DNA of 64,000 bases from Lama glama (Eukaryota), in assembly GCA_028534125.1 (NCBI GenBank), contig CM052816.1:31498001-31562000 (forward strand), given 5' to 3'. Position 1 is the stretch's first letter, and each line of letters begins with the position of its first letter. The notes beneath the pieces were generated by a model. The model did no database searches and had not been told where the DNA came from. It saw nothing but the letters and a program-made list of their open reading frames with translations. Of this stretch, positions 51,046 through 64,000 are shown one piece after another. The position numbers and the translations under genes were made by a program.

Positions 51046-53205
51046 AGTGACCTATGAGACCCCTTCTATCTGGAAGAGTCTAAGATCCTTGAGTACTCTC
51101 TTTAGGGACAGGTCCATTGTTTGCACTCCCAAGAGTCATTAGGGAATTCATTCCTTCAGCAAACCTTTATTGAATCTCTGTTATGTGCTAGGCTCTTTTC
51201 TAGGCGCTCAGGATACCGGGATGAATTACAAAGACAAGTTCCCTAACCTCATGGAAAGCACGTTCTATGAAGAGACAAACATTAAACAAGTAAATGAATA
51301 AATGAACAAGATGAGTTCATTTCGTAACAATGGTTCCATGAAAACAAAATGTTCTGTGATGTTGAAGACTGACCCAAGGGGAGGGCGCCTGTGTCCTCAG
51401 TTAGGGTGGGTACTCAGGGGTAATTATCAGCTCTGCATTTCTCTTGATGACAAATGAATTGATCATAAAGGTACTATTGGAAATCAATCATGTGAGCGCT
51501 TCTGTCTGGGCCAGTGCATCACAGTGAGTGAGGCAGGAAAAAAGCTGCAGAAACACATAACCTAGAGAATGTTATCAATCATATAAAGTCCTCAGTCTGG
51601 GGGAAATCGATCAAATAACAGAGAACTACAAAGCTAGATCTCAGCTCTAGATTCTAAAGTCTAGTCTAGGTTTTAGATTTTTTTTCTATATCAGAACACA
51701 AAAACAAGTTCAAAATCAGTATGTTTTACCCTGCACAGAACATTGTGATATAGTTTTTGAATTGAGAGGAACACATACTTTGGGGGATTTTTCTATGCTT
51801 TATGTATTTTTGTGAAGCTAGTATGGTGAAGGTGGGGACATACTATGACTAGGTTGGAAAACTCTAGGAAATTAAAGGTCATACTGAATTGGCACATAGG
51901 AGTATTCTAGAAACCTTGTTCTCAGGAGAACAATGGCTGCATACTCTAAGCTATTTTATTTATTTTTCTTTATTTCTCATTATTTAAATAAAAGGCATGC
52001 TTTTCGCTTTCTAAGTCAATGACACAAAATAAACCAGCATAATTAGACTCACCTATCCCAGCCTGAATTTCTAGTCAGTCAAGTTTTGAAAACAAAAAAC
52101 AAAAACAAAATAATCAGTCTGCTTTTTTGAACTTTAACACTGATACGACCTCTTCTCAGGAAGGGAACGTATTTTCTTGTTTATAGTGTTCTTTGACCAA
52201 ATCCCTCAAATCATTAGCACTGCTAAAGTACAGACAGCCTGGACTGGACCCTGCTGCAGCGCCTGGGACTGATGGCGGCAAGGGGACTCCAGGTGTTGGA
52301 TCCTTTGCTTGTTTTGAAACAATCAGCTCCATATTGTAAAAATGGCAGAGCTCTTATGGTCCCTGGTTGAGCATAGCTAATCCGCAATCCGTGGGAGCGT
52401 GTTTGTATTGCAATGATCCTAATTTACCCATAAATAAATTATTCTCTTCTGAAGCCCATAATAAATACAGTTTTAATTGCATGCCAACTGTTAGACCCTA
52501 AAATTAGACAGCTTCGGTCCTTCTTTGCCAATGGGAGGAGGTGTTCTGGAATATCTGAGTAGAGATTTTCTGTGGCTCCACTTTGAGAGAAGAGGCAGAG
52601 AGATTTCTGATGAATGTCTGAACAGATTTCAGTAGTAGAAGCCTTATTTCTGGGTCAGACAGAAGCCATGTTCAAATGTTCTGCAACCATTTGAAGGGCT
52701 GTACCCCAGCCAGGCCTTTTATCATCATCTTGCTTCCTTTGACTCCCCAGGGTCCATTTTCACAGACGAGGCCAAAGAGGGTGAGTCAGAGACTCACCTC
52801 CTGCCTGTTCCAGGCTTCACTCTTCCTTAATTAGCAGAAACAGTACCCACTTAAAAAGGTGTTCGTGCCCTTGTGACAAAGAGCCTTCAAATAGAGTCAC
52901 TCTCTAATGGAAAATGTAGGACAATCTTACAAATTAACTTGAGCACAAGGGAATACAGGCCATGTGTGAAATTAGGTTGGCCCCGCTAGGACCGAGGTGA
53001 GGAACTGGGGGTAGATTTTGAGTCCCCCCGCTCGCGTTAGCAGACCTTTCCCAGTGCATGCCCAGCAGACCAGCTTGTGGAGGCTGCGTGGCTTTGGGCA
53101 AGTACTTAACCTCTTGACACCTGTTTCCTTATTTGAAAAACAGGAAGAGTAACAGAACCTGCCTCGCTGAGTTGTTGTAAGGATTAAGAAAGTTGATGTT
53201 GAGTC

Positions 53206-53278
53206 AGGTGTAGCTCAGTGGTAGAGTGCCTGCTTAGCTTAGCATGCATGAGGTCCTGGGTTCAATCCCCAGTACCTC
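53206..53278 (+). mobile_element. tRNA-Ala-derived SINE head, cut by an LTR insertion
   Basis: ggtgtagctcagtggtagagtgcctgcttagcttagcatgcatgaggtcctgggttcaatccccagtacctc. Confidence 0.85.
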
Positions 53279-53835
53279 TGTTAGATAGTTAGATAAGTGG
53301 GGACACTGGGCAGATAAGGTGGAGGAGAGGGAGGGTGGTCCGGAAGATGGCCGTATGTCCACCTGCAGCATAAAGGGGCTTTACTTCCTCTAAATGAGTG
53401 CCAGCAAGAAACCTCTTAAAACCGACAGCCACAACTGCTTGGTAATGATGAAGACCTAACCAGACATGACCCAGTGCTCATTGTAATGTAATTATCACTG
53501 CAGTTTAGGCCCCTCCATGGGTTTTCCTGTGTGCATCATGGGTAAGGACATGTGCAAAAGGGCACAAGCATGGCTAAGCACTCCAGGACCAAGAGACGTC
53601 CATCCATCAATCAAGAGACCACTTCTAAGTGAGGGTATGAGAGAAGAGGCGAACAAACACCATTGCTATCCGCCCTTGGATCAGACCACCTCTCGTTCTT
53701 GGAGGTTCACTTTCCTTTTGTTAAATAAAACCTTTAAAATCTTTTGCTTCACTAGGCTTCCATCTCCCATCTGAATTCCCCTCATTCGGGTAAGACAAGG
53801 ACTGAGGTCTTTTCCCTTCCCTATTTGGGGTAACA
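53279..53835 (+). mobile_element. Solo LTR of an unidentified ERV family (557 bp)
   Basis: TGTTA...TAACA inverted termini, internal AATAAA near 53725, U5-like end. Confidence 0.75.
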
Positions 53836-53866
53836 CTACCATTTAAAAAAAAAGAAGAAGGATAAG

Positions 53867-53936
53867 GGGAATATAGCTCAGTGGCAGGGCACTCAATCCC
53901 CAGTGCCTCCATTAAGGGAAAGAAGAAGAAAAAGAC
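53867..53936 (+). mobile_element. Internally deleted tRNA-derived SINE
   Basis: ggggaatatagctcagtggcagggcac is joined directly to tcaatccccagtgcctccatta. Confidence 0.7.
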
Positions 53937-56900
53937 AGTGTTTATTAAGTGTCCCCCCTCCACCCACCATCAACCAGTGTCAGTAAAAGTTGCTATGTGC
54001 TTCTCCCCTGGTGAGTTGTCTCCCAGGCTGCTTTATCTTTGCTTCCCACTTTTCTCTACACCCACATTTTCCTTCTGTGGAATGACAAAAGGCAGACACA
54101 TCAGGGAAGTTTCTTCTGAGAGAAGGGGGCTGCATATTCAAAACCCTAGAATTCTCGTCTAACGTGGCACTTGGTAGAAATCACAGTTGTTCAATCCAGC
54201 ATCCTGCTGTGATGGGACTCAGGGCATCCTTGTCTGTTACCATTGTAACATTCTAGAAGCATTCTTTACCCCCTTGACTTATTTTGGAGCAAAGCACCAA
54301 GTGTCCTTGTGTTACACAATTCACATTTTTTAACAGGTAAGAGCAAATCTTTCAGAACAATTATTCAGACAATGTTGGAGGATTCTTGTGTTCTTTCAAA
54401 CAGTTATCATCTTTCTTGCCTTTTAATAATAAAAAGTTTATCCACTTAGATATATGCAGAATGTCAGCAACATACCTGCAACTCTTTGTTTTGCAACGAT
54501 AGAGTAATATTGAGTCAATAGAACAATTATTTGAATTCCTTGCTTCTTTCCTCTTTGGGAGGAATGTAGGTTTTGATTTCTCTTTCCTAATAGTCTTTGT
54601 TCATCTTGCCATGACTTCAAATTTCCTTTCTCTTTAGCGGATCTGTTCTTCCACGTTTCTGACCATGTTTAAGAAATTTCCAAGAAGTCAGCTAAAGCAT
54701 TTAGGTGCTTCTTTCTTCTTGTGTCTCTTGGCTTCTTAGAATCTCCTTTGCCCATGTCTAATTATTTCTCCAAAGATTAGAAATTGTTACAGATTCTTGT
54801 GCCTCCACTACATAAGGAATAAATAAGAAGCAAGAGAAACAAAGGAAATAAATTCTGAAGCAAATTCCAGGTCTCAATTAATCACATATCAAGCAATTCA
54901 GGACTTCCCAAGGAGGTGTTTGAAAATATCCCATTTGCTCAAGACTTGTCCCCTAGGAGGGTGAGTTCTCTGAAAGGGGCTGGGGCAGCTGTTGGTGCCC
55001 TTCAGCACTGTAGCTTACTTCCCTTTTACAGTTTTGAATAGGTAATATATATATATATATATATGTTCTATTCTTTTAGGAGTCTACGAAGTAATATGTT
55101 GAGCAAGTGTATCTCAATTTTTGTTTTCTTTGCTTTCCCATCACTCTCCCTCCATTTCCATTTCCCCAAGTGCCAGTCCCTGCTACCACTTTCATTAATT
55201 GCCTGATATACCCTTCCAAGATATTTTAAACATATACAGGTATGAACATACATGTCCTTCCTCCTTATCTTCACACAGTTGTCCCCATATGTACCACAAT
55301 GTTCCAAAACTTTTTTTCATGTAACAATATGTGTATCAAATCAGTACACATAGGTTTCTGTGTTTCTAAAGATGGTTTTCTTCCCCTCCATGGGTATGTG
55401 GGCGTACATGTGAAGCTTTCATTAACTATTTTGCATACTTAATGCCTAAATCTCTCTCTTTTTCAAAGAGAGGACTACACATAGAAATTTAAGGTGTTTA
55501 ACTGTTTAGGGAGGATTCTGTGATGCTCTAAACTGCTTCCTTGCTGTTCCCTCCCCTGCCTTGGGTCTCGGACACATGTCCAAGATGGTATTTTTGTCAG
55601 GAGGGATCTGTGGTGGAAGTGCCTGTTTCAGGTCCCAGCCCAGCCCAGTCCTGACCTAGAACTGGGTTTCTCCTCATTGCCGTATTTAAAAGATTCTTGT
55701 GCCCATCTGAGGGATTTTTGAACTGATCGTCTATGACACCTTTCTTAGTTCTCTTGCATATTTACATAAGTTCCAAGGGAAAGGAGATTTTTGGGGTGCG
55801 GGTTACGTGGAAAGAAGGAGGAAGGTAGACACTGGCTGCAATGCCAGCGATGATTAAATAAAATAATCACCCTTTTGTCCTCTGATCTTATAAGTGAGTG
55901 TAGTAAAAAACATTCAGTATCGACTAGAGATTCGTTTTCTTTTGTGTATGATTGGCTATGGTCATGCTCCCAGATCTAGCACAGAGTGAAGAACTATAAT
56001 GAGTTGAAAAGTCACGAGTCCTAGGTGATAGCCATGTGTGTTTGTGGCTTTAGGACTATCCAGCCAATCACCCCTGCCCACAGCACTCTGATTATTTTTT
56101 TCCCTGTAGATTTCCTTTCCACTTCTGTGCATGGTCTTGGGAAGAAGCCAAGAACCCAGGTGAGACTTTTCCTTGGAGTATCCTTGGGGAAGACAGGTGA
56201 TGGTTTGGCCATTAGATGGTGTCCCCTGTAGACCTGGGCAAGAAAAGCCCACTTTTGTTACTCTGGCTTCACCTCTGCCCACCCAGAGCCCATTTCCTCC
56301 TTTCTAGACCATACTCTGGGCATCTTGCCCAAAGTGCCCCACGCCTGCAGAGCAGACCACAGTGCTTGCACTCCCTGGTCCAAGGGTGACCAAGAGCATC
56401 TGTTTTGGGTGGAGAGTGGCGTACAGAAGGAGCTTGGGTGAGCGTTCTGGGTGTTCTCACCAGTGTTTAGAGGCCCCTTGTGGGGTGAAATGGGGCTGTG
56501 GCTGCAATGAGAAAGTGGGGGCTCCCTTTGAACACTTTTTCTGGGTCCTGTGAATGTTAAGAGTGACCCAGGCTGGGATCCTGGTGCCTCAAACTCTCTG
56601 CAGCAGCCTTCCTTTCAGCCTGTTTTCCGATCTAAAATTTCAGCCTCTTGTGGATTCTGTGAGTTCCTAACAACCTTCTTCTAAATGGTTTTGCTTGATA
56701 CGGTCATAGTTGGTTTCTGCTGTATCAAGAAACACAAAGAACACAGGCTGAAACAGAAATCTTAAAGGGAATTTCATCGCACCTTCCATCCAGTAAATAA
56801 TTTATCTCCCCAGCACCCTGGTCTTGACTCACACCGAGCCTCTGCTTCATCCTCAGGCAGGATCAGAAAAGGATAAACACATGGAACTGACAAGTATTTA

Positions 56901-59159
56901 CACTTTTAGCAAGTTGTCATCTGGGTTTCAGCTATTCTGAAAAAAAAAAAAGATATCATCTCAAACATTTAAAATATTAAAGGTTGTTAAAGAAAAATTC
57001 AACTTCAGCTGCTTTTTCAGTGACTTCCATTTCAAAGCCTGTGAAATTCATTACTCTTTCAAAAGACTTTTTATTACTTTAAATATTTAATTTAGAAGTG
57101 TTTATCTGTGTCATGTTTACTGAGTCACAAGTCTTCACTCCCAAAGTGGAGTAGATCAGATATTTGAGGGCAAGAACTGTGTCTGAGTCATCTCAGGAAC
57201 CTGGTGTGCAGCACACAGTAGGACCTCAGCAAATACTTGTTGTTATCATGTATCAAAGTGGAGATGTGGGAGATGATGATAAGTAGTGATATAATATAGG
57301 AAAAAGTTCCAGGCTGGAAGCCAAAGGAAAGCATGGGTGAAAAGAAAGTATAAGACAAAAATCGGAAATGCCGGAAGTAAGTATAAAGAATGTGACATTA
57401 TATGTTGTGTCTAAGTCTTCAAAACTTTCTATTTGGAGCCTCTCACCTCTGGAGAGGTAGATGGGCTGATCGCGTTACGGAAGAAGTGCCTGGTGTTCAG
57501 AGGCCACACGGCTATTAAGAGAAGGAGCCAGAATTGAAAGCCAGGCTTTTCTCTGCTGCTCTTCTAGACAATTTGCCAAGTGAGTGAGAGATAGAATAGA
57601 ATAACAGTGTTCTTACGACAAAAGGAGAAACCCCCTAACAATGGCTGACCTTTATTGACAGTTGACATGGCAGGCATCTTTATTAACTTGTTTAATCCCA
57701 CAATTTAATGACTATGACTCCATTTTGTGGATGAGAAAACAGAGGCCCAAGGTGGTTCAGCAACTCTCCCCAGATTACACAGTTCCAGAATGGTAGCGGT
57801 GGAAGCAGACTGAATCCTGTTTGGCTCCACAACCACACTCCTCAGCTCTTCCCCTCATTCTGAACATGCCTTCACGTGCGGCCCCGAAGAAAGTCTACTG
57901 TAGTAGCACGTATAGACACGAGCCTGTATTCGATTGTTTCTGTGATTATTGGTGTAGCAACTGATCTGGCTTCTGTGCTTGTTTCTAGGCCAGAAGTACT
58001 AACAAGAGTTTCACTTACATATTGAGCACTTATTGTGTGGCTTAATTTTATTCTCAAACATCCTTTTAATGATGACCTTCTAAGCTGTGGAAACAAAAGC
58101 ATAGAGGGTACATAACTGCACAGGTTCACAAAGTTAGAAAATGGCAGAGCCAACATTCAGGGTGGAATATTGTGACCCCAGAGATTCCTCTCTGAAGAGC
58201 TACACGGAACAGCTACAGTGCCCTCTTCGCCTCTCTCCCAGGTCGGCCCTCTGCTCTATCTGTACTTGTGTCCAGAGTTTTCATCATCATTATCCAGGTG
58301 ATTAACATTGGTTGCCTTCTGAACAGCCATGCCCACCTTCTAGCTTGCTAACAGAACCATGACACTGCTTATCTCTTGAGAGGCCAGTGATGTGTTTAGA
58401 TTTAGCATGTATATGCAATTCTGGCTAATGAGATATGATGGAAAGTCTGCTGGTCCAGGGTGGTTTCCAGAAAATATTTCCTTTCTTTTGAAAAGGAAAG
58501 ACATAACCTCTTCCACCTTTGGAGATTGTTGTAAGATGTGGTATCCAGAGTAGTGTCACCCGTCTTGCACCTATGAGGCTTCACCCAAGTTAGGAAATAA
58601 CCTATGTGTTGAGAAACTCGAAGTGAATGTAGGAAAGAGTTTAGATCCTTAATGACGGTTTTTAGCTGATGAATTATTCATTCTGGAACTTTGTGACCTT
58701 GGGACTTCTTGTCATGTGAGCAATAGCATCTCCTTACAGTTTGTCACTTCTCTTGGGTTTTCTGTCACAGACAGTTGCAGGCATCTGGATGCAATTAATA
58801 TCATCAGCATCATTAACACCTGTTGAGTGCTTACTGTTGTCAGACGCTGTGGAACTTGTGTGTGTGTTGTCATCTGAACTACAACCCTGTGTTCTGGGCA
58901 CTTTTATCATTCTGTTTTACAGATGAGGAACTTGTAGCTTGAAGAAGATCATCTGTCCAAGGACCCACTTTGAGGGAGTGGCAGAACAATGTTATGCAGT
59001 GCCAGGACTTTGCTTCCTTCCTCTTTATTAATGCTTGCAGTAAAATACAAGTTTTACTATCCTTGTTTTATTAGTGAGGAACCTGTTCTCTAAAGGGATT
59101 AAGTTCTGCCTCCAAGCTAATATGTGCAGATTCAAACTGAGGTCTTTTTTTTTAAGCTT

Positions 59160-59685
59160 AAACAACATGATTTTTTAATGGTGTACAATGTGCTACTTAA
59201 CATACATACACACTGTGAACTGATTACGAGAGTCTAGTTAATAAATCCACCTCATGTAGTTACTATTTTGTGTGTGTGTCATGAAAACATTTAAGGTCTA
59301 CTCTCTTAACAAACTTCAGGTATATAGTACACTATTACTAACTATAGTCACCATGCTGTATATTTGATTCCCAGAATTTATTCATCTTCTAATTGAATGT
59401 TTGTGCCCTGTGACCAAACTGAGGGCTTTTCGACTCCAAGTCTGTGGGGTTTTTTTTTTTTTCAGTTGAGGTGTAGTTGATTTATAATATTGTATTCATT
59501 TCTGGTATATAGCAAAGTGATTCACTTATATATACACATACTTTTTCAGATTATTTTCCATTATAGGTTATTACAAGATATTGAATATAGTTTCCTGTGC
59601 TATACAGTAAATCCTTGTTGCTTATCTATTTTATGTATAGTAGTTTGTATCTGTTAATCCCATGCTCCCAATTTAGCCCTCCCTC
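59160..59685 (-). mobile_element. Two adjacent L1 3'-end fragments
   Basis: actatagtcaccatgctgta and T-tract plus ttgaatatagtttcctgtgctatacagta. Confidence 0.75.
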
Positions 59686-61857
59686 CAAGCCTGTCTTTTT
59701 ACTGCCCTTCCCACACTCTGAAAGTTGTTCTGAATCTTTTCTTTATTTCTTCCTTCCCCACCTCCTTCCTGTCCTGTGCCCCAGTCCTCCTGGCCCTTGC
59801 TTTCTTCTGAGTGACACTGGATACTAATCTCTGCTTACAAGAGATCTACCTAATTTGCTGCATCTCCTAGTGACAGGATGCCTTAAATCTGCTAACACGC
59901 ACCTGTCTCTTGACAACCCCGAAATCTTGGTGAAAGGATGGAGACCTCAGGCTGTGGCAGGCACATGATGGGGTAAAGTTGGGGTAAAGCATGCAGGGGT
60001 GGCGGGGGGCAGACCTGCTTTGGACCACTGTGCACTGGCATCCTGGAAGGAGTGCTTTCCTGCAGGCAGCTCGGAGGCTGAGCCAGCTCAAACTCTGCTC
60101 CTCAAACAATTAGACTGCAATACAGAGAAACCTATGTTTAGATCAAGGTAGAATCAAAAAATATTGACAATGTTAAAACATTGGAGACAAATCAGAAAAG
60201 GAAGAGAACAGAATGAGAATCAATCACCCCCCAGTGCTGGAGCGTTAATCTGGTCCCTCAAATTCCCTTCCACTCCAGGCCACGTGTCTCCTCCTCCCCC
60301 AGAGGCTGATCTCTCTGTGAAGCTGTGGTCCTTCCTCTCCCATCGCATTTCCCACACTTGTACCAGACTCCTTGCCTTTATTCACGCAGAACTGCATAGT
60401 TCAGCCCATCTTTCAATCCAATCCTGCCCGTCTTCAAGCCTCATTGCAAGTCCTGTGTTCCCCACGAAACACACTGGCTCACACGTGTCTCTCAGTTTCC
60501 CTGAATTCAGGTTGCCGTATCAGAGTTGTGACGATTCACCTCCTAAAGGTGGGTTGCTTCTGAAAGTCATTCCCCGCTCTCTCCAAGGCTTTGGAGCTTA
60601 TGAGCCATGGACATGACGATCCTTGGAACCGCTGACCTTTGAGCTGTCCCTGCCTGTACCTGAAGCAGTCTTTGCTACCTAAGACCACCATGTGCCCCTA
60701 CTGAGGGCATTTCACATTCTTGTCTGACCTCCGTCCTTTCCTTCTGGGAACATCACCTCAGTCTTCCTTCGGAGTGGCAGGGGGAGGGCCAAGCCCAGGC
60801 AATCAGCTTATTCCTCAAGCCCCCTGACGGGTTCAAGCCAACGAAGCATGGCGGTCAGGCCAGTGCAAGATGAATGGGTCCTGGGACTTAAGTGGAGAAG
60901 TCTGTCTTTCTTTAGTCCCATTAAGTGAAAGCCAGGATTCTTTGGAAGTTTAACATGAGAGTATGCTGAGAATGAAGCCAACACAGAGGAAATTAGATGA
61001 TAGTTAGCAAGAGAGAGAGATTGATTCCTGAAATCATTTGATCTAAAGTAGGTATCCAGCCAGACCCACCCTTGGAATTTTTATTGCCCTGAGACAATGA
61101 ATTCCCCTTTGCTACTGGTCTTGGATTTTTCTCAGCTGGAACGAACTCAAGGAGTCCGCAGAGATTCACCCACCGAGCATGTGGGGTTTCCTAATGCTGT
61201 GTTATCGAACCTGTGCTCTAAGCCCACACCTGCTAGAAAAAACGTACTTTTCATCCCAAAACAACAACAAATGCTATAGTTCTTCCTTGTCTTCTTCCCT
61301 GTCTCCCTCAGAGTGTAGGACAGCGAGCAGGGACCCTGCATGTAGTCTTGAACACCTTGGCTTTGGACTTATCCTCAGAACAGTGACTCTGTGCTCAGGG
61401 GGAACTGAGTTTGGTTCTCCAGAACTTTCTACAACAGCACTCTGGGGGTGGGAGGAGGTGCTTGTGCCAAAGCACCTTAGTTCTTGCAGAAACCAGGCCC
61501 TAGGTCTTTCCTGGAATTGCCCAGCCTTCCAGACCCTCTGGACAGATGGAGGGGGTCGGGCGTGTTCCGAGCTTCGAGGTTAGTGGAGATGCAGCTAGGA
61601 GGCATTTTCAGAGAAAGGACAGAGAATTTTCAGTAATTTCACTAGTGGGAGGGATTTTTGAATATTTTTTGAACACTTTATATATTCTAGAGGCATGGCG
61701 GGTTTCAGGCTCTACATTGTGGATAATGAAGCAATTTTCAACCGGAAAATGTAGCAATTGCAAAATACAACAACAACAAAAAAAAAACGGAACTGATACT
61801 TCATTGGCTGTTCTTACTGTGTGAGCACTTCTGTGTGTGGAACAAGGTTAAACAATC

Positions 61858-62062
61858 GAGTCATCAAACTACCATATATAAAATAGATCAACAACAAATT
61901 TCTTCTGTACAGCACAGGGAACTATATTCAATATCTTGGAGTAACCTACCGTGAAAAAGAATATGAAAATGAATACATGTATGTTCACTTATGACTGAAA
62001 CACTATGCTGTATACCAAAAATTGGCACATTGTAAACTGACTATACTTCAATTAAAAAAAAA
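61858..62062 (+). mobile_element. Young L1 3' end
   Basis: agcacagggaactatattcaatatcttg...gaaaaagaatatgaaa...tgtaaactgactatacttcaattaaaaaaaa, same family as 19.2 kb. Confidence 0.85.
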
Positions 62063-62714
62063 TTGTGAGTCATCAGATTTTTTCTCAGGGTTTACCCCAC
62101 AGGAGGAAATGACGTGTCTGTGCGGTGATTCCCAGCCCCCTCTGCGTTGGGCCCCGGGCCTCACTCCCAGTGTGGGGAGGACTGTCTGTGAGTGGTTGCC
62201 CCAGTCTCTGGGCTCACCTTCTCTTCTGGGAGAAGGGGTCATGGCTTCCTGCTCACGGCTTGGGTGTGTGACTTGGAGCACGGACAGCTCCTCACTTTGC
62301 TCTGTGCAGATGCCCGGACTTCAGGTGGGGGAGGAAAGAAGTGACGCTGACAGTGGGTTGTAAGTGAGGCTGGCTGTGGCCGCTGTGGCTAGGCTGGGAG
62401 GTGGAGGTACAGATCGCTGGCATTTTCCTCAACCGAATGACTCATGGACAAAAACTCACCCACTGACCAGTCGGTTTGGCATCTGTGGGCCCCAACTCCC
62501 CCTGCGAGTCAGCTCACTGGTATTTAAATACAGGGCTTTGTTCCCTGGGACTTTTTAACGTGCTTCCCAAGCCTCCCAATTTCCTTAATGCATGTTTGAG
62601 ACTATTTTCTTTCTTTTTCTGTTGTTGTTAACTGTTTTCTTAAAATTGCACAAAGATTTCACGCTTATTATAGAGACAAGAAAATTCAGAAAAACAAAAT
62701 GAAGAAGTAAGAAT

Positions 62715-63056
62715 ATTGAGATTACTATATTAAGTGAAGTAAGTCAGAGAAAGACAAATATATGACATCACTTATATATGTGGAATCTAGAAAACAAATG
62801 ATACAAATGAACTTATTTACAAACCGGAAATAGGCTCACAGAGATAGAAAACAAACTATGGTCACCAAAGGGGAAAACAAGAATGGAGGTGGTAGGAAGG
62901 AGTGCATTGGGAGTTTGGGATTAACAGATACACACTACAATATGGAAAAGAATCTGAAAAAGAATGTATTTATATACATATATATGTATAGCTGAATCAC
63001 TTTGCTGTACACCTGAAACTAACACAACATTGTAAATTAACTATACTTCAATTTTT
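62715..63056 (+). mobile_element. L1 3' end fragment
   Basis: taagtgaagtaagtcagagaaagacaaata...aatgaacttatttacaaa...acacctgaaactaacacaacattgtaaatt. Confidence 0.8.
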
Positions 63057-64000
63057 TAATGGTTAAATTTTTTTAAATGGTTAAAGTGGAAATTTTTATG
63101 TTATATGTGTATATTAATAAACCCCAAGTTTTAAAAATTACCATAAATAAACAAGCAAACCTTGTCATCTGTCAGTTAAAAAAGTCAGTAACAGGAGGGT
63201 GGGATTCTAGGGGGTGATTTTCACCTACACCGTGTTTAACATACATGGATTCTTCAGCCATAGATGCTGGGACTCTATGGCTGAAGATTGCTATTTTACG
63301 AGATGACAATTTTTAGAGTTGTTTGACAGTTCAAGGCCATTAATTCATTTTTATCTTAGAAGTATAATTTTATAAATGATAATGTCATCACATATTCCCT
63401 GCACAGAGGTGTATGTAAAGTCCAGAAACAAGACAGTGGCCTGACTCTCCAAAGTTGGCAGAATCAGTTCCAGGAATAAGAGGACAGTCCTGATTGTGAT
63501 TTAATCAAATCGGGAAAACTCGAGATGTGGAGGGGGTCATCTTAGAGTTTAGAGACAGAGGAAATTTTATTTCTGTTCATGAACAAATATGTTTCCTTTT
63601 ATTAGAATTAAAAAATTAATAGTTCTTTTTTGCCTTGGCTACCAGGAGCACGGAGCTGATTTGAGAGGTGATTACAATGATTGTCTGTGGCTTAGACTTT
63701 ATAATTCAGTGCTTTCCTGGTTTTCCAGTCCAGATCCTAGTTCTTTTATTTTTGTTGTAAGAGGTCTGTTGGATATTTGGCTCTTGTCATAAGCTTTCTT
63801 ATTTAAAAAATAGGTAAGGAATAAAAGATCGATAAATGGAAGGAAATATGAAGAACAACCACTTGGCTGGCAGGCTGAAATCGAAGGACAGAGTAAATCT
63901 CTTTATCAGTCAGTCATCCATGTTTAGACACCTGCCTGGCTACACTTTACCTGAGGCAGCGGCTCTCCTGCCAGCCATTTGCAAGGTGTGTGTTCCCTCA

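Noticed and set aside
60164..62558. ORFs of 110-150 aa near the window end
   Set aside because: Mostly non-ATG starts, no recognisable homology or splice pattern; consistent with chance ORFs among old repeats.

Overview
Mammalian genomic DNA, very likely camelid, judging from tRNA-Ala-derived Vic-1-like SINEs and a matching young L1 3' end. The only protein-coding host gene is FEM1C (+ strand): CpG-island promoter at ~3.6-4.65 kb, coding exons 5084-5627 and 20168-21477 that splice to a 617-aa ankyrin-repeat CRL2 substrate receptor, and a ~3.3-kb 3' UTR ending near 24.8 kb. Downstream are a TSD-flanked, internally deleted antisense UBE2C retrocopy (26049-26433) and a 6.4-kb two-LTR gamma-type (class I) endogenous provirus (30761-37141). 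The provirus has a PBS closest to tRNA-Thr, broken gag/IN/env, no PR/RT, apparent G-to-A hypermutation and a possible relic small membrane ORF between pol and env. The rest is intergenic DNA with L1, L2, MIR, MaLR/ERVL LTRs and Tigger/hAT MITEs. I found no convincing intact novel multi-gene system; the best leads concern the provirus and FEM1C regulation (uORF, regenerated splice donor). Repeat subfamily names come from recalled consensus sequences and need RepeatMasker/Dfam confirmation.
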